A program made the translations under genes and the position numbers. DNA of 64,000 nucleotides from a virus. Position 1 is the stretch's first letter. Each line of letters opens with the position of its first letter. Positions 9,701 to 21,700 of this stretch are shown in pieces. The stretch spans positions 2,040 through 66,039 of the IMG/VR virus record IMGVR_UViG_3300010259_000001. One strand, written 5' to 3'. The notes below the pieces were generated by a model. It was not told the origin of the DNA. It worked only from the letters and a program-made list of their open reading frames with translations, and did not search any database.

Positions 9701-12700
9701 TCTTGTTCTGACGGATAGCCTCTTGCAGACTGGCAATGTACTGGCGGTAACTGTCGGTGGCACGGTCGCGCTCGCTGGCATCGTCATGTGCCTGTTTGAT
9801 TTCCTCACGCAGTTTGCGCTCCTCTACCTTGCTGTCCTTGATGTTCTCGGCATACTCCAGTGCAAGTTGCAGTCCTGTGTACTCCAATGCTGCTTCATCG
9901 GCTACTGCCACATCGCTGCTGCCCATACGCTGCTGTGCCTCGCTGATGGCTTCCTCGATGTCGGTCTTCTCCCATCCGCGTGTCTTCTTAAACACTTTCA
10001 TGGTGTGCGCTCCGGCTGGGTCGAGTTGACCTTGCACCTCAACACCTCTTGCATCTACTTTGCTGCCTCTGATGGCTTCAAGTTCGTGCAGGGTGTCCTC
10101 GGCGTGCTTCAACTGATTGTCCACCATGATGTCCATCACCTTTTGCACATCACCCTCGATGTCATTGTGTCCTACGCTGTTCTTTACGGCTGCAAGCAAG
10201 CGTTTCACTTCCTGCTGAGTCAGTCCGTTCAGATAGCCGTTATTCATCAGCACACGCGCAAGGTCGGCGACACGTTTCACGGTGGTCATGTCAAAGGTAC
10301 GCTGGAGGCTCATTGCCTTGCGCAAGTCGGAGAGGTTGCCACCGATGGCACGCATTGCATCATTGCGCAACGTCTTGTTGTCACGATGATTGTTAGCCAG
10401 TCGGGTTGCTGCTGCCGTGATACGCTCCTGCAAACCTAAACTTTGGTCGTTCCAAATGTCTTCCGTCTCGTCCGGGTCACGGAACAAATCGGTACTTTCG
10501 TCGGCAATTTTGCTCTCATCAAGAATTTTTTTGCCACTATCGTATGACTTTTCAAGATTATTTAGTAACTTTACACCGCTCACGAATACATCAGAAACGT
10601 TTGAGCGACCATTAGGAGTGTTGGATTGTTCATCCAGCACTTCTATTTTTGTAACCTCGTAGGTATAGTGCCCATTCGCTTTCTGTGGGTTCTCGTATTC
10701 TTTCATCGTGGTCTTTACACGATATATTTCATCACCTATCCTTACTGCGGCAGCGAAACGGTGCATTAGGATACCTTTATTAAATCCATTGTCCCACTTA
10801 CGTTCACCATCTTTTTTCTTAATGTCGGGGTGTTCTTCAATCTCAATACTCTCATTGATAACCTTATCCAACTTATCCATGACAGCCGCATGAACACCGA
10901 TATTATCACTGTCACTTGCATGATTTGCAGCCTCTGTCAAAGACTTCGGACTAATTACATAGTCAAAAGTTGCTCCAAGGTTGTCATAATGCAATGATTT
11001 CAATTCACGTTTTTTCCCGTCACCAAACGAAGAGTATCTATCAATAGCGGCATCACGTGCTTGTGTTAGAACATCTCGACCTTGATATTGGTGACGAGGA
11101 ACTTCAACGACTTTGAATTTCGCGCCATTAAGACCAGGCATAACCGTTCCTCTGTTTTCAACGGCTCGTCTCTGACGCGCCTTGAAAGTCTCGGGAGCAT
11201 CACCCATGTTGTAACGCGCCTCATCAGTCAACCCAAGTTCCTCACGCTTCACGATGTCACGCGCAAGGTCAATTGGGTGTTCCTTGCCACGCTCCAAACG
11301 CTCCTTGCTGCGCCACAAGATGTAACGCAGTTCGTTGTCGCCAAGTTCAAACCACTTTGGCAACTTCAACGATCCAAGGAACTTGTCAAGCAATCTGCGG
11401 ACGGTGGCTTTGATTTTCTGCCATAAGGTACGCTCGCCCTCGCTGAACTCCTCAAACGGTTTCTCTGCCATGCGTCCAAACAACTCGTCAACAGCGGTGC
11501 GTCTGTGCTGCTCGTAACTCTTGGCACGCTTTCCGTTCTTGGTCGTATCGTCGATAAAGGCACGACCTGCAGCATCATCAACGCCTTTTTTCAAGTCGTC
11601 GCGCAAATGCTGATAGGTCTCGTCAAGGAACTCGTCATAGTTTTCTTCACCGACAAGTTCACGCAAACCCTTATGGGCAATAGTCTCATGCCCGACACTG
11701 GCTTTCACATCGTCAATGTTTTTGTTGTTGTCAAGAACGATGTTCACCTGTCCTGTGGCTGTGTCATACCAGCCTTTGGACTTGCGCCTACGCTCTTGCA
11801 CCGCTGCATTGGGGTGTGTGATTTCGTTCACGTCCTCAATGATATTGATGTCCGTATGCAACTTCTCACCCATCTGCTGAACGGCACTGCGCATCATGTC
11901 GCGGTCTTCCTGCATGGTACGCTTCACCTTGGCGTTAAGTGCTTCCACCTGTTTGTCAGTGATGGCACCAGCCTGTCGCTGTTGAGGCTCACGACCTGCG
12001 GCTTCTACCATTGCATCAACCTCACTCGGTTTAAGAATGCGGTTTACTTTCATGGCACCAGTGATAACCCAAGGGTCTGTGTTCGGGTCGGGATTGGTGC
12101 GATACCTGTATGAGCCGTTTTCGGGCAGTCGTGGCAGACCTGCAAGCGAGTGTTGGAACTTTCCGCTTGCGTTCATGCCGTAACTCATGGCTTCCTCTTG
12201 GTAGTCCACATCGTTCGCATACTCCACCTCTGCCCACACAAAGTTTGCAGGGAACAACTCGCGCTGTCCTGTTTCGGGGTTCATGCGGTTGAACTGGAGT
12301 GCATAAGGTATCTCGCCCAAGTGCCAACCGGGACGGTATGCCAACTTGCCGCTACCTCCCTGTGTTCCCTTGCCACCTGCCTTAACCTGCTGGCGACCTG
12401 TCTTTGTAACACCTGCAACTGGGGCGGCATCTGCATCAAGCCATACACCCACTGGGGTAGCCTCACCGTTCGGGTTTGCTACCATAGGAGGATAAAGTTT
12501 GCCATCTTTCAACACAAACACCTTATAGCCGATACCTGTCTTTGTAGGTGGCTCGTCCTCGCGGATGCGGTACTTTGCGGTGTCCTCTGTTACATCGTCG
12601 CTGTCTTCGTCAGAAAGTTGTACGCCCTTTGCAGCTTCAACAGAAGCATCCATTTCGGCATACTTGGCTTCTTTCTCTGCCATTTCCGCTTTCATCAGTT

Positions 12701-15700
12701 CCTCATACTCGGCAAGTTTCTCTTTGGCTTGCTTCAACTCGTCGGCATACTCAAACGGTTTGCCGTCACGCGCCTCCACTTGCTGCAACTCACCTTTGTA
12801 TCTTTCTGCGGCTCTATCGGCATACTCTGCCTTTTCGCGGAAATCATCACCGCTCAACACGTTTTCGAGAATGTCCTCCAGCGCAGACTTCAAACGCTGA
12901 CCATCTACTGGCACGTCTTCAAGTCCGAGTTCGGGGCAGGAATATGTCATTTGAGTTTTAGAGAAGAACGACAATGAGAGTTGTCCTTTCTCCTGCTTCT
13001 GCTCTTTACTGATAACACGATGGATATGGAAGTCAAAGCCTCCGACACTAACAGTAAGGTCGCTCTTGGCTTCGGATTTATAACCCGATGCTGTACGCAC
13101 CTGCTCCTGCTGCTCGCGCTGCTTACTGTTGTAATCTTTTAGATAATCAGTCATTGCGTCGAGTGACGGGAACTTCATTTTGCCAATGGTGATGCCATCG
13201 TTCTTTGCAGCCTCAACTCTTGCAAGGGCTTCTTTGTTGCGCTTTGCTCGTTCCTCACTATCCTTAATGAGTGCTTTCAGACGTGGCTTCTGATTGTGAA
13301 CGTATGTTTGGTCGGCTTCCCACTGTTTCTTGCGTGCCTCCAACTTCTTCACTTCTTTCTCCACTTGGTTTTTCAGCAGAGCGTACTGGCTACCCGACAA
13401 CTGAGCCGTGATGTCGCCGAACAGGTCTTGTTCCTCCTCCAGCACACGGTTCTCCATTGAGTTGCTCATCATCTTCTTGCCCTCCATGATGCTGTCGGCT
13501 ATCGCTCCCTTGGTCTTCAAACGTTGGTAAGCGGTAACGTCGAGGCTATCTTCTACACCGAAACGCAGTACACGAACAGGTATTCCCCATTCGTTATGCA
13601 GGTTGCCTTGGCGCAAAATACGTCCATTGCGCTGAGTGTAGTCCATTGGGCGGTTAGGCGCGTCAACATGGATGAGGGTGTGCAGACGCTCTTGGATGTT
13701 CACACCAGTGCCAAGCGTAAAGGTGCTGCCCATGATAACACGGACTTCACCACGGTTCACCTTATCGAAGATTTCAAGTTTCTTCTTGATGCTCATGCCG
13801 GACTTCATCACAACAACTTGGGCTTCGGGTACACCTGCATCAATGAGTTTCTTGCGAATGTCCTCATAAAGGTTAAAGCCTGTCGCTTTGTTCTGATAGT
13901 TGTCCGCGAAGATGGCAACAGTGCCGTTATATTCCTTGGTGTCTTCAAGACTGCGAAGTGTCTGACGCACGGCTTCATTGGTCTTGCTGTTCGGCTCGTC
14001 TGCTGCATCTTCAAGTACAAGACGTGCATCAACGGCCGCTGCTTTGGCAATACCATACATGACAAGAGGAATGTGGCTGTTCTCTTTCTTCTCCTTGCCA
14101 CTCATCTTCTCGTAATCGTCGAGTTGGTCTTTCACGAACTTCATCACACCACGCAGGGCTTTCGTCTGTGGCAAATAGATGTCCTGTGCCTTTTCACCGT
14201 CCATCTTTGGTATCTTGTCACTCACGCCTCCAGCCTCACGTGTCAGCACGGTGTCGGCGACACCTGCCCATATACGCACAAGTTCGGGGAGGTTTACATA
14301 ACCTGCAAAGCGGTTGTTCTCCTTATACTTGCCGTTGGTGGAAAATTCCAGCATCTGTTGGATATTGCCGAAGTTGCGCACGAAGTCGTCGAAATAATAG
14401 ATGCCATACTCGCGCATGGTGTCGGCTGGCATGAGATAGCGCATGAACGTCCATATCTCTGCTGCGGTGTTGCTGATAGGCGTACCAGTGGCAAACACCA
14501 CATTCTTGCCGTTCTTGTTCTCCAGCACGGCTTGCGTCTTCAGATATACACCTTGCGACTTCTTGCTATATGATGGGTCAACACCTTTCACACCGCGCTG
14601 CATAGCAGTAGCAAAGCCGAGGTGCTTATATTCGTGTGCCTCGTCAATGAGCAGGGCATCTATGCCCATATCATCGAAGTTGGCAACATCGTCAGTCTCG
14701 CGGTCGAGCATTTCCTGTGCCTTGACCATCGCGTTCTGCCTTGTCTTGGCTTCGCGCTTCTCGTCCTTTTCGGTATTGCCACCTGACTTGCGTTCCTGCA
14801 ATGCCAGTTTAAGGTCGTTCAGTTCGTCGTTGAGTTGGTCTAACTCACGCTGGGCTTGACGCAATACTGGGTCGCGGTCGTCATTGGCTGCTTCACGCAT
14901 TTTCTCCAGTACCATCATCTTCTCTTCCACCTTGTCCTCGACAAAGCGAATTTGACGCTCCTCGCTGTCGGGGATGCGCTCAAACACAGACTGAGGCACC
15001 ACAATCATGTCCCAATCGTTGTAACGTATCTTGGCATAGAAGTTTCGTCTTCCCTCGGCGTTGCGGTCTGCATCTTCAAGGGTCAGTATCTTGGCATTGG
15101 GGTAGAGTGCCTTTGCACTGGCGACAAACTGTCCTACGGTAGCGTTCTGCACAACAATCATTGGCTTGCGTGCTGTACCAAGACGGCGCATTTCCATTGC
15201 TGTGCTGATGAGGGTGTATGTCTTACCTGTACCGACTTCATGAGCCAGCATCAGCGGTTGTGTCGTTGCACGGATAACGGCTTTTGCTTGGTGCGGACGC
15301 AACTTGAATGGTTTACCATTAACAACGGTGGCTGCACCTCCGAAATGCTCCGGCACAAAATCGTCGGGAATTTCCTTTGGTACGCTGTTGTTGAACAGTT
15401 CATTATAGACACGCTCCATGCGTTCCGACATTTCGGGGTCGCCCTGCATCTTGCCACGCGCCCAGTCTTTGAAGTCTTGGCGTATCTCGTCAATCTTGTT
15501 GGCACAAGCCATCGTCGCCTCTTTGTCCACAATGGTCTCTGTGGTCTTGCTGCTTCCGTAGCCTGTGGAAATAGTCTTGGTAACGCTGATACTCTTGCAG
15601 GTGATAGCAGCTTTGATAAGTTCATGTCCGAGAATGGTCTTGTCACACTTCTCACTGATAACACCCATTGCCTTGTTCTGCTCGGTGTTCGTATAGTATG

Positions 15701-18700
15701 GCTCACTCATTATCCATGTACCACCTGCATTTGTCAACTTCACGTCAAGCCCGGTGCGCTCCTTTACGAAATCTTCATATAGTTTTGGCTCAACCCATGA
15801 CGAGCCAAGTGTAAACTCAATGAGGTGTGCAGGAATGTTCATCGGGATAACACGCTCCAGTGCTTTGATGTTTGCATCATAACGTCCGTCCGTGTTGTTC
15901 TCTTGGGCTTGGCGCAACTTCTCACGAACATTGCCACTGAGATATTCATACGACACTTCCATTTCGGTTGTGGTCGGGTTCTCGAAGCCAAGTCCACTTT
16001 CAATAATCTGCTGGCGCACATCGCTGTCGCTCATGTTCAACTGCTCGGCGATATATGGAACATCGACACGTCCGTTAAGATAGATGCTGGCAATGATGCC
16101 GTCTTTAATGGTTGTTGGCTTCGGCTCGCTCTCGGTCTCCACGACACGACGGCTGAAAATGTCAGTCTTGCCGTAGGTGACAATACGCTTTCCGCTCTTG
16201 TCGCCTGTCTCACTCACACTTTCCAATGCGGCAATACTTGGGTAATCCATATCGCTGCGCAGGAAAGAAATGGAAGTGTTCTTGTTCAGATGTCCGTAGG
16301 TCTTGACAAAACTGTCGTATGCCTTGTTCAACTTGGCAAGACGCTGTTGCAAACCGCTATCGTCGCTGTGGGTAGTCTGATACTCCAACACGTCGGCAAG
16401 AGCATCCTTGATAGCCTTGTAAGCGTTGAAACACTCTGCCTTGGTGTGTCCCTTAACCTTGTTGGCATTGACGTTGATAGGCACGGCTTTTCCTCTCTGT
16501 GCAAGACACAGATTGCCGTCGCTGTCAAGTAACATGCTGCCCTCCTTGACATCTTCACCCAAATCTTCATACACTACCTGCTGGCTCTCGCGCTCCTCGG
16601 CTTTGTCCCAGTCCATATCCTTGAACTGCTGCGCCCACTCTGACAGACGCTGCTCTTGGTTGATGCTCGGACTTGGATAGAGTGCCTTGCTGGTTGCACG
16701 ATAGGTGTCACCTTTCTCAAATGCGAAAGCCATTTCACCTGCCATGTCTTCGGGATGTTCCACAAAGTGCTTGTTCACGTCAAGCGCAAGGTCTTTGACT
16801 ATTACCTCACTGCTGCCACGCTTTGTTTCACCTGTGTTGTACTTCACGGTGCGGATGGGCAGTGTGCCGCTCACGTCTATGGCGTTTGCACTCTTGCGAC
16901 CATTCACGCGCTTGCGAATGACAATAATATCAGAGGTTGCGCCAGTACCACCGAATGTTTGGTTGTGCATACGGAAAGCACCGACAACATCTGCGCCTCC
17001 CTCATTTACCAACCATGTACGGAGTTTTGCGGAGTTCGGGCTGTCAAGTGTTCCGCTTGACGTGATAAAGATGCCAACGCCTCCCTCTTTGAGTTTGCGC
17101 ACATTCTTGGCAATACAGAAGTCGTGAATGTCATGGAACTTACGTGACAAATCCTTGTCGCCAGTCTCGTCCATCACACGCAAGCCTGTAACGAAAGGTA
17201 CATTGGTGATAGCCAAATCAACACTTCCATTAGGAACAAATGTTTTCTCAAATCCTTTTACCTCTACATTGGCATCGGGATAGAGCAGTGAGAGAATGTT
17301 TCCTGTGGTCTCGTCAATCTCTACTGCATGAATATTGCTTCGTTCGCTCATGTCAGTAGGCATCAGACCGATAATGCTGCCGATACCGGCACTTCCCTCC
17401 AGTACGTTTCCACCACGGAAACCCATTGCTCGCGCAACATCCCACATGGCATCAATAACAGGTGCAGGAGTATAGTACGCACTGTTACGGCTCATGTTGG
17501 CTGCTTCGTATGCTTCGGGTGAAAGCAACTCACGCAGACGTGCGTTGATTGGGTTGGATGGCTGGTAGTCGTCGCGCAAACGTGGGTTGTAGCCACTGTC
17601 ACCGCTACTTACTTTCTCTTTGAAAGCAGCACCCAAACCACCCCAACCGCTGAACTTGCGAAGCACAGACATATCTTCGGGAGTGGCTGGCTCGCCGCTC
17701 TCGATAAGACGCTGCATCGTCTCGATAGCCTTTATGTTGGCTTCGATACGTGCACTGGTGCCTTTAGGCGCGTAATCAGTTCCGCGCTCGGCATGATTGT
17801 TGTGGGTATTCTTTCGCTCGCTCTCTGCAAGGGGTGCAGGTTCGGGCTTGGCTGGCTTTACATTTTGCTTGCCATCAGATGGTTCAGATACTCGCGAGCC
17901 TCCTGCGGTGTCAGACTTAGTATCGTTTCCACTACGTCTAACCACTCCTCCTGCGTCAGGTCGCTCATCTTCATTTTGTTTGCTCTCTCCCAACGGCTCA
18001 TTCTGTTCGCGTTGGTGTCCTCTTTCTCGCTCGGTAGTGCTGGTGCGAGGTTGTACGTGTACTTCTTGCTCATTGCTCGTTGGTTTTAAGTCTTCACTGA
18101 ACAAACCACTGAACAAATCGGGGATGGTTTGCTCCTGCAAAGATTCTGATTTTTTCTTAGATTTACGCTCCTTTGACGGCTTTTCTTGCTGATTACCTGC
18201 ATTTTCTGCTGCAATACGTTGTGCCATTGCAACGTAGTCCTCTGCCGGTAACCATTCTTGGCACACACTTCTGATGCCTTGCAGCATCTGTGGCATGGTA
18301 ACATCAACAGGGAAAAAGTTGTTGGCGCGTAGATAGTCACGTCCACCATTCGGAAGATTTCTTTCGGGACGGAACATGATACCTTTCAGCACAAGGTTGT
18401 CACGATTGTTTTCATAATCGGGTTCCAGCATGAAGTCGATATACAACTCCACGCCCTTGTCGCGGTTCAACATGAAGCGCATGGTAACATCACCACCTGC
18501 AGGTGCGATGTTTGCCGTCACACTCTTTTGTTTCTTGCCCTTGGTATCATACACAACAGGGTCGCTGATGCCGAGTTCCTTTGTCAGTGTCTTAAACAAC
18601 TCTGTGACATTCTTCACGGCTTTCTTCTCAGCATTGCGCATGTAGCCGTATGCCTCGTTGAAGTCGCTCTCCACTGGCTCTGCCTCATAGTAACCAAGCA

Positions 18701-21700
18701 ATGCCAGTTGGTCGTTCACCTTGTCGATAGCATCGTCAATGTTCTTTGCAAGGTCGTTTACTTCTCGCTCACTTCTTGCAGACGGGAGTTTACTTTTGAC
18801 TTCGCTTGCAATAGTTGCTGCTTCGCTTGCAAGAGCCTCTGTATTTGCTGCGACTTCTTGCTCTGTTTCTTTTCTTTGCTCATTGCGTTCTTGTTTTAGT
18901 TTGTCGGTTGCCTCCTTTGCCTCACGCTCGGCTGCTTGTTCGCGCACGATTTGTTCAGCGGTGGCAACAATATCCTTTGCACCCTCTTTGTCGAAGTTCA
19001 TCACGTCAAAGCTGCGGACTTCATCCCAAGGGGTCATGTCTTTCTCTATGTCTGCCATTTCGGGCAGGTCGCGTGCGCCGTTGTAAAGTGTCTTGACGTA
19101 TGGGCGTATGCCCTCACCGAGTGCTTCGATGAGGTTCTTGGCAAACTCTCCGAACTTGCGTGCGCCGTGCTTCAGCATGAGGTAACTCATTTCTACACCG
19201 ATGGCAAACGCTTCGGGGTCAAGACCCATGTTCAACTGACCACCAAGTTTCATGCGCAAACGCCTACGAAGTTCCTCAAAGCGTTCTGCATCTGCATCGT
19301 CAACCCACTTGCTCTTGGCTTTCTTCTCCTCCTGCTTGGGCTGCTCCTGTTCCGATGAAGCCGTATTTTGTTCCGAAACGTCCTCTTTTTGTTCTGATTG
19401 TGGCGTTTCCTGTTCCATTGGCATAGCGTCCTGCACCTCGTCGGCATTGGCTTTTGTGCCGTCGGTGAATGTATATTCCACCGTTCCGTCCTTATGGTGC
19501 GCCACAAAGATGTCCTTGTTGGCATTGTGCTTCACGGAGAAAACGCGGTCGCCACCGTGATACTCCTTGACAGGCTTCGGTAGTTCTACATTCTCCCAAT
19601 CCGTAACCTCATACAGGACTGATGCCAAGCCAACATCAAGCGTTACTTGTCTTGCATCTGCATCATGGATGGTTGCTTCCTTGCCTTTATACATAATCTT
19701 GTCACCCAATTTCACGCCATGAGCGGCAAGAGCATCGTCGCGCTCGGTCTCTGCCATCTTCTTGCGGATGTCGGAAAGGAACTGCTCGTAGGCACGCCGC
19801 TTGCCGTTGAGGTTGGCAAGTGCGTCAAAAGCCTGTGGAATGGTCTCACCTGCTGCGGTAGCCATGCCGTCCTCAATGGTCTTGGCACGCTTGCGCAGGT
19901 CGCGGATAACATTTTCAATACTCTTGATATTGGGGATTGCTCCACGCTTACGGTCATTGAGTACGTTGCGAAGTCCTGTCAGTGTCTTGTCATAGACATC
20001 ATCCTCGCGGTCATAGTCATACTGTGGAGTGGTCTGTGGCTCTTGCTCTACCTTGATGGTTTCACTGGCGGCTTTCATATCTGCCTGGTCGGTGACTGTT
20101 GCCACGTCTTCTACAGACAAAGGCTGTGCATCCTGCATGGCTTCCTCATTGCTCAAAGCCTCTGCAAGTGCTTTCGCGCTGTCCTCGTCACGCATCATAA
20201 AACCGCTTTTCTCTCTATCCCACCAACCACGGCTTTCCTTTGCGAGTTCCTTGCCGGCACGAATTTCATCTTTCGACAACTCTCTGCCGAAAGTAACAAG
20301 GTGCATCGGTGTGGTCTTACCTTTCTTGTTGGTGTAGGTGGTCGGCTCGATGGAGTAACCTGCGGTCTGCTGCTCACCAAGTTGGGTGTCGCCAAGAGGC
20401 TTCACGCTGCTGTACTCCGCAAACGGCTTCGTCTTGCGGTGGCTGCTGTCAATCCACTTCTTGAACTCCTCTTTGCTGACAGGAGTAATGGCACCAAGTC
20501 CCTGCCAACCATCTTCATAGTTGGAGAGGTATGCCTTTCGTGCGCTCTCGATGTCGGGGAAACCATACATCACCTTGTGTTCGTCAAAACTGCCGTCCTT
20601 GTTCACTTGGTCAACGACAAACACATCACCCTGCGAGGGGTCTTCGGAGAAGAACACGTCGATGTGGTCGCCGTCAACGCCCTCTGTGCCGCGAATGTAG
20701 CCGTAGGTGTTCTGCATTTCCTGCTCCCACTGCTTGCCACTGGCATCAGTACCACGACGAACAGAACCTTTCGGGTTCTCGATGGTAACGTCGTAGCCAT
20801 CAATCTTGACATGTCCTTTCTTGTAGTTACCAGCCTCTTTCTGTGCTTCGGTAGGCTCGGTATTGGTTTCCTGCTCGGCTGCTGCCAATGCTGTTTGCAC
20901 GGCATTAGGCTCTGCTTCTACTGGTTCGGTAGCCTCAACAGGTTCTGCCTCTACTGGTGCAGGTTCGGCACTGGGTTCTGCTGTTGCTTCGCCATCTGTG
21001 CTGACTGCTGGAGGAGTGCCATCTTGTTGAACGCTCTCTGCTTTTCTGCGCTCCACGGCTTCTTCCCGGGCTGCTTCGATTTCTTTTCGTTTGCCATAAT
21101 TCTCGTTGATAAATGTGATTACGTCTCGCAAGATGTCCTCGCGGCTCTGAATGCCACCTGCAAACAGGTCAGTCTGTCCAGATGCGCTTTGTCTCGCGTT
21201 GTTATTGTATAATTGGAGTGTGGTCTTCAGCAAGGTAACGCGCTTGTCATTCAGCACGTCAGCAAGCATCAGCATGGTTGCATTATTGAAGTCTGCTACG
21301 GTCTGCAACTCGTCGGGGTCAGCGAACAACACACCTTGACGTGCGTATGTGCTGACTATCTCGCCGTACTTGGCACCGCCTTGTCGTGCATCAAAGCACA
21401 ACTTCACGGCATCTGCCAACTCTCCCTGCAAAGACCAGTCGCCACCAAGGGCAATGTTATCGACAATCTCACCAAGTGCGGTGATAACGGTCTGACGCAT
21501 GGCTGGCTCTGCCGTGAGCATACGCACTACTTCGGGGTCGCTCTCAAAGGCTTTGCCGATGAGCATATTTTCCAAAAACTCACGACCGACGGCACTCAGT
21601 TTCTCCTGTCCGCGAATACCGTCAACCATTTCTGCCAACTGTGCCTGTGGAACAACACCGGCATTGTGCAGGTCATAGACTGCGCCAAGGCTCGCTTCTG

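Noticed and set aside
11675-11692. Possible zinc-metallopeptidase motif in the giant protein (VGHETIAHKG)
   Set aside because: The spacing is H-E-x-x-x-H, not the canonical HExxH, so I cannot support a peptidase call by eye.
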